Notes: generated from the letters alone by a model not told the origin. A DNA stretch of 64,000 bases from an uncultured Pseudomonadota bacterium (GCA_963770835.1 CAVYRH010000005.1:288001-352000), one strand, 5' to 3'. Shown: positions 20,258 to 30,248, counted from the stretch's first letter. Program-made: numbers and translations.

Positions 20258-20596
20258 ATGAAAAGGAAATATTCGGAATTTTTTGAGGCGAGAAATAGAT
20301 TGGGGCATCAGGTTTTTTGGATGTGGCTTTCCTTTTTCCCCCTCGTGTTTTTAATCGCGGTGTTCTCCAAATGGATCCCGGGAATTGCCGGATTACTTCT
20401 TTCCCTGTTCCTTTTTTATGTTCTTCTGACATTTGGGTTTGGTATCGCCTATTCTTTTTTAAAATGCCCGCGGTGTAAAAAAAAGTTCACTCGGTCTTTA
20501 GACATAAAATTTGAATCGGGCTTGGATTTACTGCGGATATTCAGGGGTAGGCAATGTTCTAATTGCGGGTTGATAATGCCCCGGCCCAAAAAGTGA
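20258..20596 (+). CDS. Small membrane protein with CxxC...CxxC zinc-ribbon-like motif (module S3-S4)
   Basis: Two TM segments then CPRC and CSNC; AT-rich. Confidence 0.65.
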   Translation: MKRKYSEFFEARNRLGHQVFWMWLSFFPLVFLIAVFSKWIPGIAGLLLSLFLFYVLLTFGFGIAYSFLKCPRCKKKFTRSLDIKFESGLDLLRIFRGRQCSNCGLIMPRPKK

Positions 20597-20609
20597 TGGA
20601 TTCAAGGGT

Positions 20610-20637
20610 TGTCCACGGCGGGGAGGCTTATTCGACA
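20610..20637 (+). repeat. Array site S4
   Basis: TGTCCACGGCG-GGGAGG-CTTATTCGACA, 13 bp after the upstream stop. Confidence 0.75.
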
Positions 20638-20975
20638 GGTGAAATTAAAAATAGGACCAAGCGAGGGAATGTGAGACAAAATTCTTTTAGATATTTTATT
20701 TTCTTCATTTTTTTAATGCAGGCTTTTTCTACATCCGCACAAACCTCTGTTTCCGTTGAAGATTCCATGAAAAGGTTGGCCACTGACCCGAATTTTATCG
20801 ATATTACCAACTTCAAAGGCGTCACGATCGACCTCAAATACTCCACAACGGATAACTTTACCGGAACCAACCTGTATGGGAATTTTAAAATAGCTTATCT
20901 TCATAAAATTGCCGCCGGGAAATTAAAAAAAGCAATTGATCTGCTTCAAGCCAGCCACCCCGGTTATCAATTTAT

Positions 20976-22267
20976 GGGCACCTCTAAAAATTCTGTTTGA
21001 AGGCTTTACGGTCACCTCAAACCAGTTTGCAACCCTCAACCAAAGGAGTTCGTGGAAATTTTTGGCCCGGAATCTCCCTTCGGCTACTCCCAGAACCTTT
21101 CCTTAGCCCCCAAAGTCTTTAAAATCTATGCGTTCACTGCCTCCGGACGCATTCGTCCCATTAAGTACGTAAATCGCTGCATGTTGTAAGCCAGGTTCCG
21201 CATTCCTATCTTCATCCGGGCCCTCACCTTGCCCACCACCCTCAACCAGTTTCCACCCATCGCCGTTTCCATGTGCCCGAACACATGCTCGACTCTCGCC
21301 CGAACCTTGGACCGCATCTTGTTCAACTTTTCCTGGAACTCCGTCATGGGATGATTCCGATTCGACTTGTAATGAATCTGGTTGTTATATCGCCTGCGCT
21401 TCAAGGTCTTGTTCTTCTTCTGTGACCGGTATGCGCTGTCTGCCCACACCTTCTTGCGGTTCTCCACGTCCAACAACTCCTCGAAAACCTCCCGGTCGGG
21501 TACCGAAGCCGCCGTCACCTCAAACTTCCGGACCAGCTTGTGTTTCTTATCCACGTTGATATGGTTCTTGTACCCGTAGTGATTCACGCCGTTTTTTTGC
21601 ACCCATCTCGCATCCACGTCTTTTTGCCTCATCTTATCGGTATCCCCCTTCCACTCCTGAGGTGTTTCCCCCTTCTTGATCTGGCCGTTTTCGTCTTTGG
21701 TGTTCCTCTGCCGGGGCACTTCCACTATCGAAGCATCGATGATCTGCCCTTCCTGGGCCTTCAGCCCGACCCGATCCAGGTGCCGGTTGAATTTCCCGAA
21801 CAACTGGTCAATCCAGCCGCCTTGGGCCAGCTTGTTGCGGTATAACCAGATGGTCTTGGCATCCGGCACATCCTTATCCATACCCAGCCCCAAAAACCTC
21901 ATGAAACTCAGCCGGTCCTGGATATGGAATTGTGTCCTTTCGTCCGCCAGGTTGTATAGGGCCTGTAAAACTAGCACCTTGAACATTAGTACTTCATCGT
22001 ACGGGGTACGCCCCGCCTCGCTTTTGCGTTCCTTATCGCGTAATGCCTTGCGCAACATACTGCGGAAATCCTCCCAGGGCACTACTCGGTTCAAGGCTTC
22101 CAGCGGGTCCCCCATTTCATCCAGGGATTTCAAGCGGTCTTGAAGGTCGAAGAATCCGGTTTGGCCCATTGCGGCACCTCGTTCAAGGATTTTTCAGCGT
22201 TTTCACGCGCTGTTTTCTCCTTGTACCTCCTTCACTTCGTCTCTACAACCAATTTTTAGACGTGCCC
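20976..22267 (-). mobile_element. IS5-family insertion sequence
   Basis: 17-bp IRs GGGCACCTCTAAAAATT / AATTTTTAGACGTGCCC (1 mismatch), TTAT target duplication. Confidence 0.92.
21126..22169 (-). CDS. IS5-family DDE transposase
   Basis: VPDAKTIW, IIDASIV, YGYKNH, WADSAY, RARVEHVF. Confidence 0.93.
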   Translation of the reverse strand: MGQTGFFDLQDRLKSLDEMGDPLEALNRVVPWEDFRSMLRKALRDKERKSEAGRTPYDEVLMFKVLVLQALYNLADERTQFHIQDRLSFMRFLGLGMDKDVPDAKTIWLYRNKLAQGGWIDQLFGKFNRHLDRVGLKAQEGQIIDASIVEVPRQRNTKDENGQIKKGETPQEWKGDTDKMRQKDVDARWVQKNGVNHYGYKNHINVDKKHKLVRKFEVTAASVPDREVFEELLDVENRKKVWADSAYRSQKKNKTLKRRRYNNQIHYKSNRNHPMTEFQEKLNKMRSKVRARVEHVFGHMETAMGGNWLRVVGKVRARMKIGMRNLAYNMQRFTYLMGRMRPEAVNA

Positions 22268-22721
22268 TTATCGTTTTTGATGCTTTGCGGCCCCGCTCCG
22301 TTCAATGGGAGCTATGGAATCGCGTTAAAGGCACGGCCCAGCAAAAGTTTGTGGCGACCCCCCAAATGGGCTCAAACCATAATTATGGTCTCGCCGTGGA
22401 TATCGGTCTTTTAGATGAGAATGGAAAATTGCTTGATATGGGCGCGCCCTTTGACGGTTTTACCCCTCTTTCAGAACCCCAACTGGAAAGTAAGTTTTTG
22501 AAAGAGGGGAAATTGACCCCAAAACAGGTGGGTAACCGGCTCATTCTTCGTCGGGCAATGGAAGGCGCCGGATTTATACAATTGCCCCATGAATGGTGGC
22601 ATTATGATGCCTTGAAATCGAAAGACATCCGCGGAAAAATGGAAATTGTGGAATAAAGTTATGTTTTGACTTTGAATAAACCGAAGGCCCATTTTAATCA
22701 AACCTTATGGAGCCGTGACCA

Positions 22722-24365
22722 TTGCCCCAAACTCCAGCCTTATCGGAAACCAAGACCGTTGAAAGGGTTGGGATTCAGCCGTTCCACCGCCTTTACTTTA
22801 AAGCCGCCGCAACCTGTTTCCAAATAAAACGGTCCATCGAAAACAAAAATAATTCCCGAAAACTATTTTCGAAAGGAAATGGGCCCGATTTCCCGTTCTT
22901 ATTGGCTGAATCAAGGTCTTCGATTTTCAGCGACCGGCTCCAAGAACGCCCGTTTGAAAACGGCAAACTTGAAAATCTTAGGATCGCCACTCAAGCCCTG
23001 GACAAACTTGTCGTGGATAAAGGCGCTGAGTTCAGCTTCTGGAATCAAATTGGCAAACCCACTGCAAGCCGCGGCTTCCAGGTGGGACGGGAAATCCGTT
23101 GGGGATGTATGATTCCAGGAGTGGGCGGTGGACTTTGCCAACTATCCGGCGCTCTTTTTGATTGCGCCTTACAAATTGAATCGCAGATCACCGAGGTTCA
23201 CTCCCATACCCGCCGCTTGCCAAATGTCATTTACCGGCCCGAGATGGACGCGACTGTATTTTGGAATTACGTTGATTTATGTTTTAGGCCCCATTTTGAT
23301 ATTCTCATTGAACCCGTTTTTTCCGAGGAATCCTTCATCTTGCGATTTTGGGGGAAATCGCCCCGGACGCCCCACCCCGATAAAACTCCAGGCATCGAAA
23401 AAGCTTTGGCGCATGACTGCCTGGATTGCGGTATCGAGGATTGCCATTATCATGAAAAAACTCAAATCGCCCTGAATTACAAAAACCTTATTTTCAGCCC
23501 CAGCCTTGGACCGCTATCTTTAGTTCAAAGGCTGAAATCCCGTTTTTTATCAATCGCCGCCAGAATTCTTAACCGTGTTTTGAGTTCCCTTTCTTTACCG
23601 GTTGGGAAAATCGCGATCTTTCGTAACCAAGCTTTAGCGTTTTTAGTTAAAACTGTTTATCCCTTCCAAAGATCAACGGCATTAATTTCCCAGGATTTAG
23701 CCCCTTTCCTTAAAAAGTGGCTTCAAAAAGGGAACGTCCCTTATGTCCTTAAGTTGGAACATTTACCGATGAGGGAACTTCAAAACCGGCTCGACATTCT
23801 AGCGGCGCTACATCCCGACGACTTAAGACTTCGGGACTACCGTGTTTCTGAATCTATTAATGAGCATGAGATGGATTGCATTAAAATCGCAAAATCATTA
23901 TTTACCGACCATCCCTATTTAAAAGAACTGTTCCCGGAGGCTGAGTTGAAGATGGATTTGCCGGCCCCCCCGGCCCCGGGTTTTCGAAAGAGCCCGGCGA
24001 AGATGATCCTTTTTCCCGGTCCCTGTTACGCCCGGGAGGGAACCCAGGAGGTGCTACACGCTGCCGGACGGTTGAATCTGGAAGTGCTATGTCCCCATTT
24101 CTCAGCCAAAGGGAAGCCCTTCTTAAAATATGTCGAAAAGGCGGAGATTCCCTGGGAAAAAGTTTTAGTTTACGTCCATCCTTGCGTGTTTGACCGCCCC
24201 AACGAGGTCCTCCTGCAAGTGGTACACCATGGAATTAGGATTGTTGGAACCCTCGGCATTCCTTATCGTGGGGTACTTTTCAGCCAGTGCGCCTTGGGGG
24301 ACGCGATGGATTTGGAGGATAAGCTTCGGCAAATCATAGACTTGAAAGGGGGTTCGTATGTTTAG
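22722..24365 (+). CDS. VanW-family domain protein with C-terminal extension
   Basis: FSFWNQIG, GGGLCQLSGALF, DATVFWNYVDL. Start uncertain. Confidence 0.75.
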   Translation: MPQTPALSETKTVERVGIQPFHRLYFKAAATCFQIKRSIENKNNSRKLFSKGNGPDFPFLLAESRSSIFSDRLQERPFENGKLENLRIATQALDKLVVDKGAEFSFWNQIGKPTASRGFQVGREIRWGCMIPGVGGGLCQLSGALFDCALQIESQITEVHSHTRRLPNVIYRPEMDATVFWNYVDLCFRPHFDILIEPVFSEESFILRFWGKSPRTPHPDKTPGIEKALAHDCLDCGIEDCHYHEKTQIALNYKNLIFSPSLGPLSLVQRLKSRFLSIAARILNRVLSSLSLPVGKIAIFRNQALAFLVKTVYPFQRSTALISQDLAPFLKKWLQKGNVPYVLKLEHLPMRELQNRLDILAALHPDDLRLRDYRVSESINEHEMDCIKIAKSLFTDHPYLKELFPEAELKMDLPAPPAPGFRKSPAKMILFPGPCYAREGTQEVLHAAGRLNLEVLCPHFSAKGKPFLKYVEKAEIPWEKVLVYVHPCVFDRPNEVLLQVVHHGIRIVGTLGIPYRGVLFSQCALGDAMDLEDKLRQIIDLKGGSYV

Positions 24366-25764
24366 AAATGTAATCCTTTGTATCGTGGGGTTTTTAACCC
24401 TTGCAGGAATCACAATGGGGAGGGCTGCCGCGGACCCCGTCCGGGTAATGGCCTTGAGCGCCACCAGTTCCAAGGACGCCCATTTTGACCTTGCGAGCCT
24501 TTTGGATTCCAGCGCCACCACCGGTTGGCAACCCGGCCTTTCCGGCAGCGGCGCAGAGGAGGGTGTCCTCCTCGAGTTTGAAAAACCCGTCAAGGTGGAT
24601 GAGATCCAGCTTTCCGGCACCGATACCTTCAAAGTTTCTTTGAACGGCCGTGAAAATGACAAGATGGGGAATGAATTCAAAATGAAAATCCCCGTGGAAC
24701 TCAAATCCCTTTTCATCCATGTGGCATCCCGCCCCAAGGGGCCAAGCGAATTGAAGGGGTTTAAGCTCCTGCGCAATGGCAACCCCATCGAACTCCAAAA
24801 GCCCTTGATTGTCCGGGGGGAAGTGACAGCCCAGAATGTCCTCGAACCCTTCATCGCCTACGGCCCTTTCCGGCTTTTCGACTCGAAAATCGATATGGCT
24901 TTCGCGATGGACGGGAACAAGATCAACCCTTCGGCGCCGATCCCGCTTTTCGACCTGACCTTTCCAAAATCCCTCCGGCTGAAAGGGTTTTATATCTGGA
25001 ACGGCTATCAGCGGTCGAATCAACACTACTATTCCAACGCCCGCCCGGAAGTTCTCACTGTGGCAAGCGGCGGCCAAAAAGCCCAATTCCCCCTGAAGGA
25101 CGACATGGGGGCCCAGTGGGTGGCCTTTCCGGGAAACGGATGGGATGCTTCCTCACTGCATTTCACGGCCGACAAGGTTTATCCAGGCACCACCTACAAG
25201 GACCTTGTGGTATCGGAGATTTCCTTCGTCACGGAAGACGGCCAAACCCTGCTGGTGGACGCGCAAAAACCGGTGGCGACGGTTTCAAAGGAAATGACGG
25301 GCCTTCTCGACCAATCTTTCAAGTCCTATCCCGACGACGAATACCATTTTGACATTAAGTTTCGAAGCGACGGCACTTTCGCCGCATTCCAGCACAAAAT
25401 CTCGCAGGCCAATACGGACCGCTGCATCTACGAGGGCAATTGGGAAATGAAGGACGCAAGTCATTTGAGGGTATTCGGGCGTTATTACGAGACCTCCCGG
25501 GAGCTGCAGGCCGCCTACGGCGTGGGCACTTCCACCGAGCAATCGGGTATTTTCCAGACTCAGATCCAGGTCACCTCCTTGGACCGCCTCACGCCATCCC
25601 AGAAGAAGGAAATCTACGATTTTGAGAAGGACCGGGCGACCCTACCGGATTTTCCACAAGATGAAGAAACCTTCTGGAAGGCGGCAAAAGAAAAGGGGGG
25701 GATGTTTTTTATCAAATCCAACCTGTTCTCACAGATTATGGTTGCCGATAATATTGAAAAATAG
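24358..25764 (+). CDS. Secreted protein with discoidin/NADase-type glycan-binding-like domains
   Basis: Signal peptide, LLDSSATTGW, IWNGYQRS...NARP, VYPGTTYKDLVVSEI. Confidence 0.55.
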   Translation: MFRNVILCIVGFLTLAGITMGRAAADPVRVMALSATSSKDAHFDLASLLDSSATTGWQPGLSGSGAEEGVLLEFEKPVKVDEIQLSGTDTFKVSLNGRENDKMGNEFKMKIPVELKSLFIHVASRPKGPSELKGFKLLRNGNPIELQKPLIVRGEVTAQNVLEPFIAYGPFRLFDSKIDMAFAMDGNKINPSAPIPLFDLTFPKSLRLKGFYIWNGYQRSNQHYYSNARPEVLTVASGGQKAQFPLKDDMGAQWVAFPGNGWDASSLHFTADKVYPGTTYKDLVVSEISFVTEDGQTLLVDAQKPVATVSKEMTGLLDQSFKSYPDDEYHFDIKFRSDGTFAAFQHKISQANTDRCIYEGNWEMKDASHLRVFGRYYETSRELQAAYGVGTSTEQSGIFQTQIQVTSLDRLTPSQKKEIYDFEKDRATLPDFPQDEETFWKAAKEKGGMFFIKSNLFSQIMVADNIEK

Positions 25765-27013
25765 CCGCCTCTTCCACGGCCTCCCGGCCGTCCTGACGGT
25801 TTTGGTCTTCGGGGCTTGGCTTTTTTCCCGGGCCTATCTGCCTGGTTCGGACGGCTATTACTTTCTCGACCAGGCTGTCGGAATCCTGAACTCGGGCTCG
25901 TTGCGCATCAAAAACCACGACCCGACGCCCTATTTCATCGCGGGACTCATCCGCCTGGGGATCCAGCCCGAACTCAGCGTAAAACTTCTTTTCCTGGCCG
26001 CAACCGGAATGTGGTTTTGGCTGGGCCGCAAGGCTGAAACGGCCCTTTTCTACCTGTTGGCTCCGCTTTTCCTCTTCCACTTGATCCAATTTCCAAAGCT
26101 GACCCTCGCCTTGCTCCTGGCGATCCAGGCTTTCCAATCCCTAGGATGGGGTTCCCGCATTACATGGCTTTCGGGGGCAACCCTCTTCCATCCCATCGGA
26201 TTGGCATCCTGGGCGCTGGCGAAGCTGAGGGATGTGAAACCCTGGGCGCCATGGATCGGTTCGGCGGCATTAGCCGCGGGGTTTGTGGTTTTCGGGTGGT
26301 TCCTCCGGAGCCAGTCCTTTTCCCTCACGCCCGTAGGCGTCAAGTTTTTGGTCAACCCCCATTTGCCCATCCTATTCCGTATTTGTTGCGGGCTTTGGAT
26401 GGGGCGAATGCTTTTCGCCCCACGCCAAGGCTGGCTGGTCCTGGGCCTGCTGGCGCCCAGTTCTTCCGGGGAGTTGTTCGGCAGCCTGGAACGGTGGGAC
26501 TTGGCACTGATACTTTTCTCGCCCTGGCTGCTTTCCCGGGAAAAATGGAACTTTTTTTGGGCCCCCCTGGCCCCCGTTGCAGCCGGATGGATGCTCCTGC
26601 CGATGCCCGTTTACGACTACTCAGTGCTGGACCAGGTGATCGACCTTTCCAAAAACTTGGACATGAAGATGTTGGTGGTGGACCAGACGGGCAAGTTCTA
26701 CTTCACGGCTAAAACCGGCATCGATGCTTATTTTTTCGAACCCGAAGACGGCTGGCCCAAGGAAACCACCTGGAGGCTGGCGCGGAATGTCTCCTCCGGG
26801 GAGCTCTTGCCCTACCTGGAGGGGCCCTGCGCTCCGGGTTCCAAAACCTGGTTTACCCTCAGGCCCGGGACCCTTTTGATACGGGAGGATTGCTGGGAGG
26901 AAATCAGGTCGAAGATCCTTCCAGGCGAGAACGAGGATCTTTACGGCAGGATATGGGACAATCAGTCCAATCCGTCCCACAAACGGCCACCGTTTTTGGA
27001 TATCCGTCATTAG
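25754..27013 (+). CDS. Multi-pass membrane protein (possible GT-C-like)
   Basis: Many hydrophobic segments, GSDGYY early loop. TTG start overlapping the upstream stop is inferred. Confidence 0.55.
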   Translation: MKNSRLFHGLPAVLTVLVFGAWLFSRAYLPGSDGYYFLDQAVGILNSGSLRIKNHDPTPYFIAGLIRLGIQPELSVKLLFLAATGMWFWLGRKAETALFYLLAPLFLFHLIQFPKLTLALLLAIQAFQSLGWGSRITWLSGATLFHPIGLASWALAKLRDVKPWAPWIGSAALAAGFVVFGWFLRSQSFSLTPVGVKFLVNPHLPILFRICCGLWMGRMLFAPRQGWLVLGLLAPSSSGELFGSLERWDLALILFSPWLLSREKWNFFWAPLAPVAAGWMLLPMPVYDYSVLDQVIDLSKNLDMKMLVVDQTGKFYFTAKTGIDAYFFEPEDGWPKETTWRLARNVSSGELLPYLEGPCAPGSKTWFTLRPGTLLIREDCWEEIRSKILPGENEDLYGRIWDNQSNPSHKRPPFLDIRH

Positions 27014-27027
27014 GCTACTGGGAAAAA

Positions 27028-27055
27028 TGTCCACGACGGAGACCCCAAGTGGGCA
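27028..27055 (+). repeat. Array site S5
   Basis: TGTCCACGACG-GAGACC-CCAAGTGGGCA, 14 bp after the upstream stop. Confidence 0.8.
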
Positions 27056-27236
27056 CCCTGAACGTGGAATCCCCGGCCCGATTGTTTGGGTAAAAGATAT
27101 CCCTCCCCTCAAGACCTGCCCCCATCACCGGTTTCCATCAAATAAATTCCCAACCTCTTTTGGACGGCGCTCCTGGGGGGTAAACTGGATGGGTGCCGCG
27201 GGCCTGAAAGCCCGCGTTTTCCGGAAAAGGTGAAGC

Positions 27237-29093
27237 TTGGCTTACCGCCCCTCTCATTTATTTTTCCGCCGAACGGCCCCGACTTTTTTTCTGGTTTGGG
27301 GCCTGGGCGTTTCCTGGGCCCAAACCCCGCCTGCGGGATACAGCCTTTTTTGGAGCGATGAATTCAACGGCGCCGTGGGCAGCGCGCCCAACGGGGCCAA
27401 TTGGACCTATGACACCGGTGACGGCGGCTGGGGCAACGCCGAGCTGGAAAATTACACGACCAGCCTCCAGAACTCCCAGATCATCGCGGACCCCAACGCC
27501 ACCGACGGAAAATCGCTGGCCATCATCGCCCTGGATACCGATCCCGGAAGCACGGCATACGGCACGGTGGGCCGGTACACCTCCGCCCGGCTTTTAACGA
27601 ACGCGGCGGGTTTTCAGGGCGTGACCTTCCAATACGGCTACATGGAAGCCCGCATCCAGATGCCCTATGGCGACGGCATTTGGCCGGCCTTTTGGATGCT
27701 GGGGACCAGCATCAATACGGGCACGGCCTGGCCCAATTGCGGCGAAACCGACATCATGGAAAATATCGGCAAAGCCTCGGACCAGCCCATCAACCACGGT
27801 TCGCTGCACGCGCCCAATTGGAACCCCACCGGCACCTACACCCTTCCGGGCGGGGCGCTTTACCACAACGCCTACCACACCTTCGGCGTGCTTTGGCAGC
27901 CGAACCAAATCGACTTTTACGTGGACGGGACGGATTACGAGACCCAGACCTTGGCCGGCGCCACGGCGGCCGGGGGCACCTGGGAATTCAACACCACCAT
28001 GTTCTTCCTGCTGAACATGGCGGTGGGCGGGAATTACCCAGGAAGCCCCGACGCCAGCACTTCCTTTCCGCAAACCATGCTGGTGGATTACGTGCGGGTC
28101 TACGAGCCCAACACCCCCACCGCGACGCCCAGCGCCTCGCCCACTTCCACGCCTTCCGGGACGCCCACGCCCAGTTCCACCCGGACCGCCACATCCAGCC
28201 CCACTTCCAGCCCTACGGCCACCGCATCGAGGACGGCTTCTTTCACTCCGACGGGCACGGCAACGGCTACGGCGTCCCCGACGGCCACGGCTATCCCCAG
28301 TGAAACTCCTTCCGCGAGCCCCACGGCGACCCGGACGAATACGACGGTCAACAGCCCCACAAATTCGGCCACTGCATCCCCAATAGCTTCGATGACCCCG
28401 TCCGCCACCAAAACGGCGACCGTTACGCCGTCCCTCACCGCTTCGCCGACGCCAACCGCCACACCCAGCGCGACCCCGGCCAATAGTTTGACGAACAGCC
28501 CGACTTTCACTCCAACCTCTTCGGCCACCACATCCCCAACCCCGACGGCTTCGAAGACCCCGACCGCCACCAAAACGGCCACCGTTACGCCGTCCCTCAC
28601 CGCTTCGCCGACGCCAACCGCCACCGGCACCCCCAGCGCGACCCCGGCCAACAGCTTGACGAACAGCCCGACCTTCACTCCGACCCCCTCGGCCACCGGC
28701 ATTCCCACCGCTTCGAACACGGTAACCCCAACGGGGACTTTTACCCCGACACCCAGCCTCACGATCACTTCCACACCGGCCCTTTCCCCCACCTCTTCGC
28801 CCGCCGGGGTGGTAATAGGGCTGCCTTATCCCAACCCCGTGATGGGCTCGGGGCCGGTGACCGTCCAGGTCCAAGCGCCCGCCGGTTCCACCATCGAATG
28901 GAGCGTCTTTACGGCGGCTTTCCGGAAAATAGTGGACGCCTCCCAGCCCGTCCCGGGGGACCACTTCGCCCTGGTTTGGGACCTGGAAGACCAATGGCGC
29001 AAACCCGTGGCCAGCGGTCTTTATTACCTCAGGGTCCAAGTGACCGGCCCGGCCAAGGCCTCCAAAGTCCTGAAGGTCCTGGTCCTCCGTTAG
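27237..29093 (+). CDS. GH16 glycoside hydrolase with Thr/Pro-rich stalk and C-terminal Ig-like domain
   Basis: WSDEF, WGNAELENY, YTSARL, GIWPAFW, GETDIME (ExDxxE), VDYVRVY. C-terminal PYPNP...WDLED...VASGLY. Confidence 0.9.
   Translation: MAYRPSHLFFRRTAPTFFLVWGLGVSWAQTPPAGYSLFWSDEFNGAVGSAPNGANWTYDTGDGGWGNAELENYTTSLQNSQIIADPNATDGKSLAIIALDTDPGSTAYGTVGRYTSARLLTNAAGFQGVTFQYGYMEARIQMPYGDGIWPAFWMLGTSINTGTAWPNCGETDIMENIGKASDQPINHGSLHAPNWNPTGTYTLPGGALYHNAYHTFGVLWQPNQIDFYVDGTDYETQTLAGATAAGGTWEFNTTMFFLLNMAVGGNYPGSPDASTSFPQTMLVDYVRVYEPNTPTATPSASPTSTPSGTPTPSSTRTATSSPTSSPTATASRTASFTPTGTATATASPTATAIPSETPSASPTATRTNTTVNSPTNSATASPIASMTPSATKTATVTPSLTASPTPTATPSATPANSLTNSPTFTPTSSATTSPTPTASKTPTATKTATVTPSLTASPTPTATGTPSATPANSLTNSPTFTPTPSATGIPTASNTVTPTGTFTPTPSLTITSTPALSPTSSPAGVVIGLPYPNPVMGSGPVTVQVQAPAGSTIEWSVFTAAFRKIVDASQPVPGDHFALVWDLEDQWRKPVASGLYYLRVQVTGPAKASKVLKVLVLR
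28402..28699 (+). repeat. 162-bp-period duplication within the GH16 Thr/Pro stalk
   Basis: CCGCCACCAAAACGGC(G/C)ACCGTTACGCCGTCCCTCACCGCTTCGCCGACGCCAACCGCC at 28402 and 28564. Confidence 0.85.
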
Positions 29094-29130
29094 AGCGGGT
29101 TCCGCGGAATTGAAAATGGATTTAATATCT

Positions 29131-29158
29131 TGTCCACGGCGGGGACCCGAATTGGACA
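29131..29158 (+). repeat. Array site S6
   Basis: TGTCCACGGCG-GGGACC-CGAATTGGACA. Confidence 0.88.
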
Positions 29159-29272
29159 ATGAAACAAGGTAATAAGCGAATAAATGAACATCACTTTTTT
29201 AACGGTGAATTGGATAATTAGCCAATTTGGAATACAATCTGAACAAGCAAATGTACGCAAAGGGGATCGATC

Positions 29273-29506
29273 ATGAATCTCGCCGTCAAAGTACCTGTGG
29301 ACCTTGAAAATCTCATCCAACAGCTTTCCGTGAAAGACAAAATCAAGCTGGCCCACGAGCTCGAAAGGCAGACCCGGCGTGAACGTTGGACCCCCCTTCT
29401 CAACCGCATCCAAAAAAGGACCGCAAAGAACCGTTTGAGCGAGAAGGAAATAGTGGCTTTGGTCAAGGAAACCCGCAGGGAATTACGTGGCAAGAGCCGT
29501 CATTGA
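29273..29506 (+). CDS. Putative antitoxin
   Basis: 77 aa, overlaps the downstream PIN toxin, ends LSEKEIVALVKETRRE. Confidence 0.65.
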   Translation: MNLAVKVPVDLENLIQQLSVKDKIKLAHELERQTRRERWTPLLNRIQKRTAKNRLSEKEIVALVKETRRELRGKSRH

Positions 29507-29879
29507 CACCAATATATTAATCAGCATTCTTCTTGGAAGCCGAAATTGTCTCGCCGTTCGAGGGGCTTTCTTGGATGGACTTTTCGAGATAATCACCTCA
29601 CCCGAACTCGTCACCGAGTTTAATGTCGCCTGCCGGAAACCCAAAATCTCAGCATTCGTCAATCCCCATGACATCTTGAATACCCTTGAGCTTCTTAATA
29701 GTGATGCTGAATGGATTTCCCCCGATATCAAAGTTGCCGCCAGCCGCGACTCCAAAGACAATCCTGTTTTGGAATGCGCTGTCGCCGGTCAGGCCGACTT
29801 TATTATTACAGGCGACAAGGATTTGCTTGACCTCAAGTCTTTCCGTGGAATTAAAATTATCACCCCCCGACAATTTTGA
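29487..29879 (+). CDS. PIN-family putative toxin
   Basis: RAVIDTNILIS, RDSKDNPVLECA, IITGDKDLL. Confidence 0.88.
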   Translation: MARAVIDTNILISILLGSRNCLAVRGAFLDGLFEIITSPELVTEFNVACRKPKISAFVNPHDILNTLELLNSDAEWISPDIKVAASRDSKDNPVLECAVAGQADFIITGDKDLLDLKSFRGIKIITPRQF

Positions 29880-29907
29880 TGGTTTTAAAAAGGGATTAAC
29901 TCTGGGC

Positions 29908-30021
29908 TGTCCACGACCTGTCTCCCGACCTGTCCCCCGAAACTTTAGTGCAGGGGAAGTTCAATGAACGTAGGGAGTACGGGGACCCGTTCGACAAGCT
30001 CATGGCAGGCCTCGTCGGACA
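29908..30021 (+). repeat. Array site S7 with two inserts (63 bp and 23 bp)
   Basis: TGTCCACGA[29917-29979]CG-GGGACC[CGTTCGACAAGCTCATGGCAGGC]-CTCGTCGGACA. Symmetry extends to GGGC/GCCC flanks. Confidence 0.82.
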
Positions 30022-30248
30022 GCCCATTTCGAAGAATGAAGATGTTTTTAAACTCCGCAACTTGGCTGGGGAAGGCCATCCCAGATCCTGGCTTCTGAAG
30101 AAATCCCCTGAATAAATAAGCTTTTTTCAACTAATGGGTGAATTTTGGGATTAAACCGGGGGTTCCCCGTCTAGAGGTTGGCGAATATAACGCTGATCCT
30201 GTATCTATCAAAACCTATTGGTTTATCAAGTTTTCGAAGGGGGAGAAT

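Larger units (their letters stand above)
20671..22656 (+). pseudogene. D-Ala-D-Ala dipeptidase (M15, VanX/DdpX family) interrupted by IS5
   Basis: Removing the IS and one TTAT copy restores GYQFIVFDALRPRSVQ. The downstream part has SNHNYGLAVD (SxHxxGxAxD) and EWWH. Confidence 0.88.

Noticed and set aside
20671..24365. Vancomycin-resistance cluster
   Set aside because: No vanA/B ligase, vanH or vanRS; the dipeptidase is IS-disrupted and both families are widespread.
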